64,000 nucleotides of DNA from Camelus ferus. Taxonomy: Eukaryota. Made by a program: the position numbers and the translations under genes. The stretch spans positions 38,318,001-38,382,000 of the forward strand of contig NC_045697.1 in assembly GCF_009834535.1 (NCBI RefSeq), given 5' to 3'. The notes beneath the pieces are model-generated. The model had not been told where the DNA came from. It saw only the letters and a program-made list of their open reading frames with translations, and made no database searches. Below, piece by piece: positions 10,701 to 24,085 of this stretch. The stretch's first letter is position 1; every line of letters begins with the position of its first letter.

Positions 10701-13089
10701 GTAGCAGGAACCCATGGGTTCAGCACTCCTACTGTTGTGTCATATTTTGCCGTGTTTGCGTTGGTTTTCATTCAACAGAATTCTGGTTTGGAGATAGCAT
10801 AAAGAAAAATATTTACATTACTGGAATCTTTGCCTTTTGAAGTTTTAGGAGGATTATTATTTTGAATAGTTAAACATTATTATATCTCCTTAAGAGTTTT
10901 GTGCCAACAAGTGCTTTGTCCCCTGGTGAATATTCAGATAAGTAAAATAATCAATAAGCTTTTTGCCTGATTGTGTTCTCAGTATTATTGCCCTATCTTT
11001 ATATATAATGTAGTATTCACGATTGTAATTTAAGGTGAAGAAACAAGATGATAGCCAGTCTGGTAGTAAATTATGGAATCATTCTGTGCTCACAGTATAT
11101 TTTCAATTGACAGTATTAATGAAATTGATTTCATTATTGATTTTTTTAATGTAATTGACTTTTTTCTCAGGAATGTTACTTGATCTTGTGTTTGAACTTT
11201 TGACAGACCATATATTTTATGCTTCATAATCTTATTGGATTCCTGAAGTGTTTTCGAAAACAGGAATTTTGTTAAAAAGGAACAAGGAAGAAAGGAATGA
11301 AAGAAGAAAATAGACAAACCAGTGTTTCTTTCTTAAGAAATAATAATTAAATCCAGATACTCTTTGCACTTGGTTAGTTGTACACAGCTCACACTTTCTG
11401 GCAGGACCAGGAAAAGCCTGTTTTAAAATTTTTTAGGGATGAGATTCACTAGGCCCTGCCCCAACTTTTCTTATGGCTGAATCTAATAAGCAAAGCCCTG
11501 ATTTGATTTTGGTATACAGAATTAGAGCCTAGGGAAAATAGAGGTGCCTTCATGTAAGGAGCTCAGCTGCCCAGAATCCCTCCTCCCCAGCTATTATGCA
11601 TGTAGGGCAATTAATAACAGAGATGGTCCATCCATGCTTAGGTAGGAAATGAGCTCTCCTCTCCTAGTAACCTCCTGAGGTTGACAGTCAGTCTTGAAGA
11701 TTACTCAGACATCTTCTCTCCTCAGTTCTACATTTGTGGAATTTCCTTTTAGTGTAAAGAGAAAGTGAAACATGGAGTTATCTGTAAGATTCTATAGTCA
11801 GAAGAAAATAAAATTGACAACACTGCCTGAGATAACAATATCTAAACTCATAATAGTTAAATTTTAAGTTAGATGCTGTGTACAAGGAGCTAAGAAGAAT
11901 AGTACTCATAGTGAGAGACATTTTTCTAATGCACCCATAGTCACACCTGTCTGTGGCCTTTCCCCCTCATCCCACCGATTAGTTCTGTTGAGGACCTGGG
12001 GGAAGGATACTCAGTCATTTGAGGTGCGTTGAAAAAGAGGGTGATTTTCAGTAGTCTGCTCAAATCACTGTTTTCTATGTATCAAAATAGCTGTTTTGAA
12101 ACTGTTTAAATTGCTTGGGTAGTAAGGTGCACTTTAAACAATTTGAATATTGGAATGCCGTCTTTTCTGAGTGATTTGAGAAGAAGCCACTAGTGAAGAT
12201 TTTACAAATTGTATGAAGGTAATTTCCCATTTGTCAGTCATGTACTGATTTGCAGTGATCATTATTTTTATGAGAATTTAAACTTGAAAAAACAAAAAGT
12301 GAGATACCCCAGTGAAATAGGATTAATTTTAGGGTATATTTTAATTTATATTTGCTTTTAAAGTTACAAAAAGATTATAGGAAAGAATTTCCCATTTGAC
12401 TAACTTTTCTTACAGACACTGTGTGGGAAATGTATATGACCTGCAAGTTGAAAAAAGTAGAATTTATATTATGTTTCATCCAAAAACTGTTTTGTAAGGT
12501 TATATCTACAAAATATCTAAAAAAATCAGTGGTAAACTGTGAGTCAGTATACAAAACTTAAATAATACATACCTTTGAAAGCTGCATCTGATGTTTAAAG
12601 CAAAGCAAACGTGCTCCAAAACTAGGAATGTTAATTTGAAATAATAAAGGAAGTTGAAGCTTAGATTCCATGATAAATTTGAAGGAATAGCTAGGTACAA
12701 GTTTTCTGCTGTAGATTTACTTAAATTTAGTGAAACTCTATGGCATTTAATTTAGGATTTAGAAGAATACATGGTATCCCACTGTTGAAGAGTATCTCCT
12801 GAGGGCATAAAATATTTTTATATGACAATAAGAAAATATGAAGAAATGACTTTGTATGTTAAATAATAGATGTTTTCATTTGAACTAGAATAAGTTAAAT
12901 TTGCCTTTTTAAAAATAAATTATTTAATTTTGAAAACTCTACAGTGTACTAATTCAGTTCTTATTGAAAATAACCTATTTGGGGTAATGTAATACCCCTT
13001 GCTGGCAGGGTACAGTAAAATTGAATGTTCTTCATTGCCATTGACACTGTCTGTTGGTATAATTGTTTTTAAAGCAGCATGGAGGTATG

Positions 13090-13450
13090 GAGGAAGGGTT
13101 ATAAAGATTCCCATATTCTTCGGCACCGTAATTCCATCCTTAGGAAATTATCGTAAGGAAATAATCCATTGGAGATAAAAATCTTATTGTAACATTATCT
13201 ATCATAGCAAAACATTGAAACCACTTATGTGGCCTGTTAGGAGATTGATTTACTAAATTGTAGCTCATCAGCAAAGCATAGTACTGTGCAGTCATTAAAG
13301 TGTGAGACTGGAGAAGTGTAATTGCTATGAATCAAATACCCTGTACAGTACGATTGCAGCTATATTTAAAAATATGAAAGGTAATACATAAAAATGAAAA
13401 TACAAGTATGATATGTTCAACTTCGTATTTTTATAAATTGTTAATGTTGT
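13090..13450 (+). mobile_element. Old L1M(E)-type 3' fragment
   Basis: GTAATTCCATCCTTAGGAAATTATC...GTACTGTGCAGTCATTAAA motifs. Confidence 0.55.
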
Positions 13451-13628
13451 AATGCCAGTTCAGTTTTTTAAAAGACAGAAAATAGCCTTCTTTTTATATC
13501 CTATGAAATGCATCAAACTTGAAGACCACAGAATTCAAAACAAGCACAAAGGATTTGGGGGGATTGAAAAATGGAAATTGTTATATTTGTTTTATTAATA
13601 AGAAGTACATGTTACTTGTATTTTTAAG

Positions 13629-13734
13629 AATTACATGGATTATTTATCACGACTCTACGAGAGAGAAATTAAAGATTTCTTTGAAGTTGCAAAGATCAAG
13701 ATGACTGGCACAACTAAAGAAAGCAAGAAGTTTG
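13629..13734 (+). CDS. EXOC1: EXOC1 coding exon 10
   Basis: ttaag|AAT...TTTG|gtaagc; 106 nt; [35 protein letters not shown]. Confidence 0.95.
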
Positions 13735-13982
13735 GTAAGCGTAGGCACTTCAATCCACTGCTTTCTATTCTATTAAAAATGGTTTTATTTATGACAGATA
13801 ATTTTAAAACTTTTTAGGCAAGGTAGAAGGAGATACAGTAGGGTTAAAGAATAAATCTAATGCATTGTTTGATTTATAGATATTTCATAGAACAAATGTT
13901 TGTATCTGTAAATATGTTTTTTACTAATTAAAATTCTGCAGAATTGAATCTGACAATTGTTTATTTACTATGACTAATAGTA

Positions 13983-14114
13983 TAGTCAGCCTCATATCTG
14001 CAGACATGCAGCCCATAGATATGGAGGGCCAGCTGTGGGACTTGAGCATCCACGGATTTTGATACCCGCAGCAGGTCCTGGAAGCAGTCCCACATGGATA
14101 CCAAGGGACAACTG
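13983..14114 (-). mobile_element. Short MER2-family (Tigger) MITE
   Basis: TA-flanked; GGACTTGAGCATCCACGGATTTTG...GGATACCAAGGGACAACTG. Confidence 0.75.
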
Positions 14115-16319
14115 TATATATTCATAGGAGAAGCAGTTGGCCAGAAAATGAAGTGCAGTCTAGCGGAAAAAATACTAGGCTAAGAGACACATGTTGAGAG
14201 TTCAGCTTCTGACTTCCTAAAAGACCTTTCATAACAGTTGGGGGCAAGTCTGTGATCTCTTAAGTCATTGCTCTCCACAGGGAAGTGAAAGTGATTCCTG
14301 GCTTCTTACTTCTCACTGGCTATTTTGAATTGAAAAGAAAGTTTATAATGTAAGTCTTTTCTTCCCTGCCAAGGGGCTATAAAAATGTCACCAAAATTTC
14401 TCCTGTGATTATACCTTATTTTTCCAAAGAGATATTTTTGAAACACATTACTTTTTGTCACTCCTACATATGTTAAATAGACAAAAACATGATTTGAAAG
14501 GATAACCAGTGAAAGTATCAAGTTGCAAGGAAGTGATTTGCCGAGGCCACATTCTGCTCTTGCATGTACCCATCTCTGGACTTCCTTTTGGATGGAGTTC
14601 TGTCCCTCTTCAAGTCAAAACCTGGCCTTAAATGGCTACAGTGTGTACTCATGTGTCTGCATAGCTCCCCTTTAGAACCATGAGTTTAGCATTTGCTTGT
14701 TGAAAGGAGCCTATGCCCTAAGCAACTTCAGTAATCAGAAAATAGGATTGAAATTCATAGCTCATCTCTCCATTCTTTTCTTTAGGACAAAGAAGACTAT
14801 CTTTAGTGGGTAATTATTTTGTGATTCACTGGTTTGTGGTTGTTTTTTTATAATGCAACACTAATGTCTTGATTATACTAGTCCAGACCTTTGAAATGAT
14901 TTGAATCTGTGTACAAATATATTACACTTGGGTAAAGATACTGATAAGAATCTTGGGACAATAGGCTTTTGGAAACAGAAATGCTAACTCATCCTAAAGG
15001 TTAATTGTTCTTAAACAGCAGTGTGTTTATATCCTTGTTAATGTTTCTCTGTGGATATGTTATACTTTTTTTTTAAGTAAACAGCATATTATTAATACAG
15101 TTACATGTTTAATGTTTTCATTTAGTATATTTGTCGCCACTTGTTAGTGAGCCATTTTATTTTGAGAGAACTCTTCTACAGTGAAAACTGAAGGTAAAAG
15201 GAAATCTTTCTAAAAGTATCTCCTTAGGAGGTCATTAATCCCAGTATCATAATAAGTTTATCAAGCCCAAGATTCTCATTGAAATAAATGACATAATAAA
15301 GATATAACTTAAATCAAGAACAATAGTATCTTAATGGAACCATTGCATTAACGTGAAATGTTAATTTTCTTTTTTCTTACCCCTTGAGAAGTTCTTAAAT
15401 ATCTTGTTAAAAAATTTTTAATTGACATCATACAAGTTTAGAAGGTACTTTTATAGTTATAAAACAGTGTTAAAATTGCATCTCTTCTATGTATCTATTC
15501 AATAATAAGGAATAGGAGAATAGTTTGTGACACTTAATGGTACCAAAAAATTATAATTTCTGTTACTTTGATATCAGTTACAAGAGAAGAAAAACTAATT
15601 TAATAAACAGGATTCAGGGGCTAAAAATGGTTTTTTTCATCTTTGAAGATCTAACTTGTTAGTCAACATTTAAAAAATAAATTTTAAGTTAAATACAAAT
15701 GACTTGAAAATTCTTTAAATAAGGTAGAATGTAAATTTTTTAAAACTATCTTTTCAGTGATTTAAATTATGTTTAAATCAGTTTTTAATAGTAATTATAA
15801 TTAAAAGAGAAACCTGAAATTTTAGAAAGATAGCTTTTCAATGAATCAAAATTAAGTAATTCTGAATAAAATTTAACTTTGTTTTTTTAACTTGCTATAA
15901 AAATACTGAGTCATAGATACTAATAAGAATAGAAAATCAGATTGAATGTATTTTACAAAAGGAAATTGTATAGTCAGTATAGCCTTAGAGATTCAGGAGA
16001 ATACTCTTCTTTTGAACCGTTTGATTAAATCTCTAACATTGACTTAGTTCAAATAATTCAAAATAATGTTAAAATGCCAGTATCTTTTCTTTGTGATAAG
16101 GTCTTTATATAGGTCTTTGTCTTTTTTGATCAGTAGGTTTACTTTTATATCCTCAGAGATGTGGAATTTAACCCCCAAGATTGACACTCTGGTGTTTTGT
16201 TTTCCCTTTGTGTTCTACAGGTGTAGTTAATGAAGTGGCAGGCAAAGGAAATTCAGTAATTATTTTTTAAATTGCCCATTTTTTTTCTTTCCATGGCTGA
16301 GGTAGACACACACATTATT

Positions 16320-16514
16320 ATTTTATTTTATTTTATTTTTATTTATTTATTTTACTTTATTTATTTTTTAATTTAATTTAATTTAATTTAATTTATTATT
16401 TTATTTTATTTTATTCTATTCTATTCTGTTCTATTCTATTTTATTATTTTTTAATGGAAGTACTGGGGATTGAACCCAGGACATGCTAAGCATGCACTCT
16501 TCCACCTCCTCCCC
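16320..16514 (-). mobile_element. tRNA-derived SINE (Vic-1-like), internally deleted, with a long (TTTTA/TTCTA)n tail
   Basis: Reverse complement reads GGGGGAGG...GCATGCTTAGCATGTCCTGGGTTCAATCCCCAGTACTTCCATTAAAA; TSD CACACACATTATT/CACATACATTATT. Confidence 0.8.
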
Positions 16515-17956
16515 CACATACATTATTTTAGTCTATTTACATATTCATTTACATAATTACTGCGTTCCCCAAATTTAATATTCCAAAATCTTAAAAATAT
16601 GCCAAAATCATTTGTTCATTCTATTCTCCACTAAACTAAGAAATCCGGTTGATTCCAAAAGGAATCTTGGGCACAAGACTGAATTCAGTCCTGGCTGGAA
16701 GATTCATTCAATAAATATTTAATAATTGCCCATTACATAAGAGACATTGCTAGGAACTGAGAATGCAGAAATGAGCAAAGACCCTCCTCTCCTCAAGCTT
16801 ATAGTCTAGCAGGGATTATTTAAAGACATTTAAAAGTTTACCTGAGTATTGTTGTTTGTTGCTGATAAACAGTATAGACTCTGTATGAGACCCAAATAGA
16901 GCACTCCTAGTACCTCTGTGTTCTTTACTGACTGCTAAAAAACAATATATGAAGCATTCGGCTTTGCTCTGAACCTGGTGAACTTAGTACATGACACCTT
17001 CAGGCCGCCGGAAGGTACTGTTCAGGTTGGCCCTCCAGTAGCTCCAGCACATCCTCCCTTCTTTCCACTTTCATGTCCAACTTCATCATTTCATATTCCC
17101 TGGAGCTTCAGGTAGCCAAGGCTGGAAAGATACACGTCTCTTGTTTGACAAGTTGGCAGTTTATGCTTGGGCTTCTGCATTAAAGTTTGGCAGAGATAGT
17201 GACAGTTGACATATTGTTTTCTATTTCTTAAGTATTTCTAGATTATATTTATATTCTTTAATTTTCTGTTTCATTCTATAATTTCTTTGCCTTTCACATT
17301 AACTTCTAATTTGGGTAATTTGGGTTTAGAATTTTTCACAAGATGATTTCTACAGTTGATCTAGTCAATATTAGATAGAGAGAGATTTTAGATAAAAGAA
17401 ACACCAGATGACTGTGACAGAGCTCCAGTTCCTGCATTAAATCTGTTCCCTCAGCTTTACCCTTGCATCTAGGGTAATTAGTGTTTTGATGTACACTTTT
17501 CATTTTAGGTGGTCACAAAGCCAAAGTTACTGAATAGTTTAGCTAGATACCCGAAAGTGATTTTTAAAGCCCCACTCATATAATTTTTTATCAGATGGTA
17601 TATAAAATTATTTAGTACAGTGGAGATTCCTTTCAGGAACCTTAAGTGAATACAAGATTATTGATACATTTAATGTCCAAATCTATAAATTCATTCTAAT
17701 AAATTTTCACTGTATTAAATTATTTACTTGAACTATAATATAGTCTTTAAATTTAAGTACATCAGCTTCATAAACTTTAAAAAATCATTTAAAAGTGTGG
17801 GAGAGGTTTATATTTGTAGATATTTTTATCTGAATATTTGAGTAAAATAGTACATTAAAAGACTAGTAAAGTTTTTTCTCTCATATAATTTTTCAAACAA
17901 TAGCTGACCGACTAAACATATGTTGCATCTCTCGTTACTTGATGCTCATGGTTCTT

Positions 17957-18255
17957 TGCATGTGTCTTTTAAACTAGAGCTTTAACTTCCTCTTGTGCAT
18001 GGTATGTGCAAATTGCAGTTTATTAACTTGTCTTTGTCTTTGATGCTTGCAACCTAATCCATCACAGCTACACTGCCTCGAAAAGAAAGTGCTGTCAAAC
18101 AGGAAACAGAGAGTGAGTATGCTTAGTGTATTAGCAGGTATTCTCAATGCATGTTTGTTTAATGTCTAGAAACTAGTTATTTGTCTTGAAAAAAGTTACA
18201 CCAAAAATATTGATTGCTCTGAGTTGCCAGGTATTGGTGAAAGAAAACCAGCATG
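17957..18255 (+). promoter_or_regulatory. RBFOX (T)GCATG cluster flanking cassette exon 11
   Basis: TGCATG at 17957, 17996 and 18148; GCATG at 18251. Confidence 0.75.
18068..18112 (+). CDS. EXOC1: EXOC1 alternative cassette exon 11 (45 nt)
   Basis: cacag|CT ACA...GAG A|gtgagt; (A)TLPRKESAVKQETE(S); symmetric phase 1/1; matches the known 15-aa EXOC1 isoform difference. Confidence 0.92.
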
Positions 18256-18908
18256 GTGGTAGTAGTATGACTACATCCAAGAAATATGTAACATAGTTAA
18301 AAATACATGGTGAGTAGGCAGAAACTTGTGAAAAGTCTTAACCATTATACTTTTGTTTTCAGGCTGTGTTTAGAAACTATAAAAATTCTTATAGATATGG
18401 TCAGATTATGTATAATAAAACCAAAGTTTGTCTTTAATTGTTCTTATATCTTTTTATCATTTATTATATGATTTGTCCCTTCTGACCATCAGCAAATAAT
18501 CAGGTTAGCTGAGAAATATTCAAGGAGAATAAAAAGATACCTATTGTTTACATTTAATTCAGATTCATGTCTTTTGAGTGGGAAGGAAATCCCCATCTAC
18601 GTTAGTCTAGAGATATCATCAGGCAGCGTAATATTTATGATGAGACTGGGCAGAGCATACTGTGATCTTTAAGATCCCTTTTGGTCCTATTCTGTGATTC
18701 TATATAGTTTCACTACTGTATACAACATGCTCGGGAGTAGGACACAAACGTTATTGATGGAGGACAGTCTGCAACCTGTCCCATGTGGTAGACTTGTGCC
18801 CTAACTAGTATGGGCCCTGGAAGCCAAGACAGTAGAGATGGCCCTGATTTATGCTATGGGTCCTTTATTCATGAAGGTCGCAACTTTCAAAGTTTTATTA
18901 TTTCTTAG

Positions 18909-19072
18909 GTCTTCATGGAAGTTCTGGGAAATTAACTGGATCTACTTCTAGTCTAAATAAACTCAGTGTTCAGAGTTCAGGGAATCGCAGATCTCAGTCA
19001 TCTTCCTTGTTGGATATGGGAAACATGTCTGCCTCTGATCTCGATGTTGCCGACAGAACCAAATTTGATAAG
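18909..19072 (+). CDS. EXOC1: EXOC1 coding exon 12
   Basis: cttag|GT CTT...AAG|gtaaaa; 164 nt; [54 protein letters not shown]. Confidence 0.95.
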
Positions 19073-19656
19073 GTAAAATAAAATAATAAGTTCTTCTTAA
19101 ACATGAATACTAGTTTTCTAGCATCAGTTTGTTATTGCTTTAATTGTGTTCAAAGATTTGGGCTCTGTTGGCTCTTTTCATTAACCATGTCTTACTTTCC
19201 AGTTCTGAATCTGAAAAAAATACTGGTCAAATGGCAACTGAAATGTAATTTATCGGTTAAGTGACATAAAGGCATTATTAAAATTTGTTATGAATCATAG
19301 TGCTTACATTGTAAATCTAAGTCATTTGAGCAACTACAGGATAAAGATGAAATAGCTTTTATGAAGCTAACCTGTTCTCTGCAATGCATTAAGTAAGTTT
19401 AAAAAGTTTATCTCTGTGTTCCTCTTTCCAGATTTCAAGTGAATAATTGTAAGTTTTGTTTTAGCTATGTTCTGGCCCTAAATGTGTTATGCCTCATTAA
19501 TACTGCATTGTCCTGTCAATCTTGCAAGTGTTTGGGGGATTCTATTGAGATTATAGATAGAGCATCCATCATCCCTGCAGAAAAGTAATTAAATGTGAAA
19601 TATTATTTTAAGCATTTTGGTTCAGTTCTTTGTAGGATCATTTTGGTTTTCTTCAG

Positions 19657-19764
19657 ATCTTTGAACAGGTACTGAGTGAACTGGAGCCCCTGTGTCTGGC
19701 AGAACAGGATTTCATAAGTAAATTTTTCAAACTACAGCAACATCAAAGTATACCTGGAACTATG
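19657..19764 (+). CDS. EXOC1: EXOC1 coding exon 13
   Basis: ttcag|ATC...ATG|gtatgg; 108 nt; [36 protein letters not shown]. Confidence 0.95.
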
Positions 19765-20937
19765 GTATGGCTCACATTTATTTATTGGCTAGTATTTATG
19801 ATCTGCAGCATGATTAGCCTAATTAATATGTTGTCACAATTTCAGTATCAAAACAGAAGAAGAAAGAATTCCCAGTGTAATGATTTTTTAAATAATTTTT
19901 GTCAACCAAGATGATGAAAACAGTGACTGAGTTTGGGCATCTAATGTAGTATCTTAGACTGTCTTAGACCTAAATATTCTCTAAATTAGTGAGAGGGGAA
20001 AATGTCTAAACTTACTTTTTAAAAAAAACACTTTAAAAAAATAATTTTAGTATTTTAGTAATCAAGAAAAAAATAGAATTAAAAAAATGAAAAAGGTGTT
20101 TGAGTGTGTACTGTGATCTTAAAAAAAATGAGAAAGTAAAAAAAAAATGGTGAGACCTCATATCTAAATCATTCTTATGGTTTTGTTATTAACTAGCTAT
20201 GAGACCTTAAACCAATTATTTAATCCCTGTTTTTCCTCATGTGTACAATTGGTATAATAATGCCTGTTGGTCATGCTTTCTTGTGGCATAAATAGAAGAA
20301 AATAAAATGAGAGATTTGACAGACTGTTTTGAAGAACTTAAAAGCACAGTGCAAATCAGGTGACTTTTAAATTCAGATCATCTTAAAAAAGAGAACCAAC
20401 ATATAAAAAGCCATTCTAAAATGAATAAGAAATTAATTATTTCAAATGGTTGGAGATTTGTTGTTGTACCGGTAGTAAATTTGTTTACTTGTTAGCTTCT
20501 GTAAGAACTTGTGATAGCATTTTTTAATGCCAAAGTTTTATTAGAGTGATCAGTACATTTCTTTAATTTTTAAAATTCTCTTTTGAAAGTTGTCTCTAGA
20601 TGTTTTTAATTTTCTGTTGAGCTGCCCTCCCATTTCTGTGACCTCTCTGAGCCTCCTCTACCTTCCCTTTCCGACTTTCCCCTCATATGCACACTCACAA
20701 ACACGACTTCTCGTGCCACAGTAATTCTCGGATAAAATCTGAGAACAAAGCGTTCCCTGAATATTCTTAAATAGCATACTGAATTACATAGTTTCATCAG
20801 TAATACTACTTTTAAAGGCCATTATTTCTTATGATATATTCTCTCCTAGGAATTTTAAGACTGAGCAGGCTTTTGCTATTTAAACTAGTTATATTGTTGG
20901 TGTTTTATCATGTAAAGCACCTGAATAATTTTTGCAG

Positions 20938-21014
20938 ACTGAAGCAGAGGACCTTGATGGAGGAACATCATCACGGCAACATAATTCTGGCACACCACTG
21001 CCTGTTTCATCTGA
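20938..21014 (+). CDS. EXOC1: EXOC1 coding exon 14
   Basis: tgcag|ACT...TCT GA|gtatgt; 77 nt; [25 protein letters not shown](E); phase fits the next exon. Confidence 0.9.
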
Positions 21015-21541
21015 GTATGTGTTTGTTACTATCGATTGTTTATTTTGAAAAAAATAAACTTGAAGTTGAGCAGAAAGGAGTGGTGCTCAGTGAAGAGTCC
21101 AGATGACTCTCCGTGACTGACAGCACTCAGAGCACTGACCAGTGTGCCCAGTGTCTTAGTAAACGTCTTACTGAATTAAAATTGGTCCTGTTTATGGCTC
21201 TTGGGCTCTTCTTCACTCTATAATAATAAAAATGCAATCAATTTTGATGTTTGCTGCTAGGAAGCAGCATTTGAATTGCAGTGTATTTCTCAGAAATCAC
21301 AAAGCACATTTCAGGACCCAGCCAGCCGTACAAATGACAAAGTTATTTTAAGTGAACTTAACTTCAAAAAAAGTTTATATTGGAAACCACTGTAGAATAA
21401 TTAGTTCATCATATTTGGTCATAGTGTTAGTTGAAATATCAAATTTTAGTCGTTTCGAGTATACCTAAGGGATTAAAGTTAAAGATGAATACACCTGAAG
21501 CTTGTAATAACTCTTCTGTATTTTGTATGTTTTCTGAACAG

Positions 21542-21770
21542 GAAAGATATGATCCGCCAAATGATGATTAAAATATTTCGCTGCATTGAGCCAGAACTGA
21601 ACAACCTAATTGCATTAGGAGACAAAATTGATAGCTTTAACTCTCTTTACATGCTAGTCAAAATGAGTCATCATGTATGGACTGCACAAAATGTGGACCC
21701 TGCTTCTTTTCTAAGTACTACATTGGGAAATGTTTTAGTGACTGTCAAAAGGAACTTTGACAAGTGTATT
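21542..21770 (+). CDS. EXOC1: EXOC1 coding exon 15
   Basis: aacag|G AAA...ATT|gtaagt; 229 nt; [46 protein letters not shown]...NFDKCI. Confidence 0.96.
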
Positions 21771-23569
21771 GTAAGTTTTTTTTTTTTTTAATAAATTGAC
21801 ATTCTAACCATTGCAGAAAAATGTATTTGAACCAAGAGATTTCCAGCTTTTCACTGGGGAATCTACTGCTCACATCCCCAAAGCCTTGAAGCAGGTGTTG
21901 GCTACAGTATATATGAACAGAGTTAGTTGGGTGGTGCTGTGCCAGCTAGTTTCCCTTCTACACTGTGAATCTTGGCAAGTTCTAGGGTAGGTGGCATAGA
22001 AGCAGCAGCTGCTTAAGAGATCCACTAAGTAATTGACTGATTAGTGACCATAGATGTTATAAAAGGTGAAACTATCACTTGAATTTATTATTTTTCTTTT
22101 TTAATATACTCTAGTAACAAAATTAATAATTAGATTATTTTAATTGAGTGTTTAAGTTATTTGTTTTATCAGTTTAAGAGTGTTAATTATCATACTGCTT
22201 TAAGAATAAATTGTTCTTTTAAGAACTTTTGACAGTCATCATTTTCCCCCTCCTAATAGGAAAAAAAATCATTAACAACTTTATTTTTTCTGTTAGGTTT
22301 TAGTAAGCTTATAGGTATGAACTGGGCTGGGCCAGCTTCTAAAGAAAAGTTTTATTTTATTAATATATTTAGTATGTGTAAGTGGGTAGTTATCTGAATT
22401 TTTCTATAACGTAACCTCTAAGTTAAATCCAGCTGTTGACTAGCCATAGACTAATGGGAGAAGAGTAAAAATATTAAGGGCAATTAAAATTCATATCATT
22501 TTTTATACTTTTAAAAAATATTTACTGAGTTTCTGAAAGTTTAAAAGTGATCTGTGTCCACTGTAGAAACTTAAGTGTCACCTCAACAGACTTGTTAATC
22601 CTCCTCCCTCACCAAATGATTTCACTTGGTTATTAAAATATTATGGAATTTGATCATTTAAGGCTTATCCTCTTCCTTACCCTGCCTTCTCTAGAGGTGG
22701 TGATAAACTTGGAAGGTCTGATGGCAAGCTGATAGTAGAAAGGAAAAGGAAGAACTACCAAGGCTAAGATAGTGAGTCCCATGTAACACAGCTGGAACAC
22801 TAAATCATAAGGACGCTATACATTTACAGAATATGAAGGTTGTGTTGCTTCTCAGTAAAATGTAACTTTCTGTAATACCTCTCAATCCAATGGAACATAA
22901 TTGTCAAAAGCACAGGATGGTCAGAGGAGTGTAGACATGGGTTCAGATTGAAGGCTTAGCACATAGCCTGCCTAGAATAAGAGCTTACCAGCTGATAGCT
23001 TGTAATGGTCGTGGTGGTAGTGGTGATGATGGTAATAGTAGTAATTAAGAATAGTTTATTAAAGAATGTTCATGTTTCTCTTGAGTGGGAAGTGAAGAAA
23101 TGAAGTAATACTAACCTAAACAAAGGTATAAACTTGTATTTTCTCCTAAATTGCATGTCTTTCTAAAAGATCTACCTTTTGTGACTAAAGGGAGAAGGAT
23201 GGTTCCTTCTGCTGCCTGTTCTCACTCTGTTTTTTATTTTAACTCATGTCCTCTCATGGCGTCTGGTAGATTTTGTGTGCTCAGTGTTATATGTTTTAAC
23301 GCTTGTTATATGGGACAAGATCAGGACCTAGGGCATACCTTGAAAAGGTAATGAATGGGTGTGTGTGTACTGAGCCGAAAGCATGAGTGTCAGATGACTG
23401 CAGAAAATGGAGCAGATAGCACCTGAGTTCGGCGCTTTCATCTGGTGAACATGCTCAAAGTGTTCCTCAAGGAACAGGGCTTAGAAGGTTAGCCTAGCAC
23501 GAACTAGAGCTAAAATTAGAAAGTAACTGACACGTTAAGTACCCCTAAGCTGCACTCTGCAGTCCAGTA

Positions 23570-24085
23570 CATTTCTAGTTCTGTGAAAAATACCATTGGT
23601 ATTTTGACAGGGATTGCACTGACTCTGTAGGTTGCCTTGGGCAGTGTGGTCATTTTGACAATATTAATTCTTCCGGTTCATGAGCTCAGTTTATCTTTCC
23701 ATTTGTTTGTGTTGTCTTCAGTGTCTTTCACCAGGTGTCCTATAGTTTTCAGAGTACAAGTCTTTTACGTTCTTGGTTAGATTTATTTCATGGTATTTTA
23801 TTCTTTTTGTTAGAACTGTAAATGGGCTTGTTTTCTTAATTTCTCTTTCTAATAGTTCCACAACAGATTTCTGTGTGTTAAATTTGTTACCTCCAACTTT
23901 GCTGAATTCATCTGTTAGTTCTTAACAGTTTTTTTGGTGGTATCTTTAGGATTTTCTATATATAGTATCATGTCATCTGCAAATAATGAAAGCTTTACTT
24001 CTTCTTTTCCAATTTAGGTTCCTTTTATTTCTTTTCCTTGTCTGATTGCTGTAGCTAGGAGTTCCAATACTATGTTGAATAAAAG
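23570..24085 (-). mobile_element. L1 ORF2 (RT region) fragment
   Basis: TTCTAGTTCTGTGAAAAATACCATTGGTATTTTGACAGGGATTGCA...TCCAATACTATGTTGAATA is typical antisense L1 ORF2. Confidence 0.85.
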
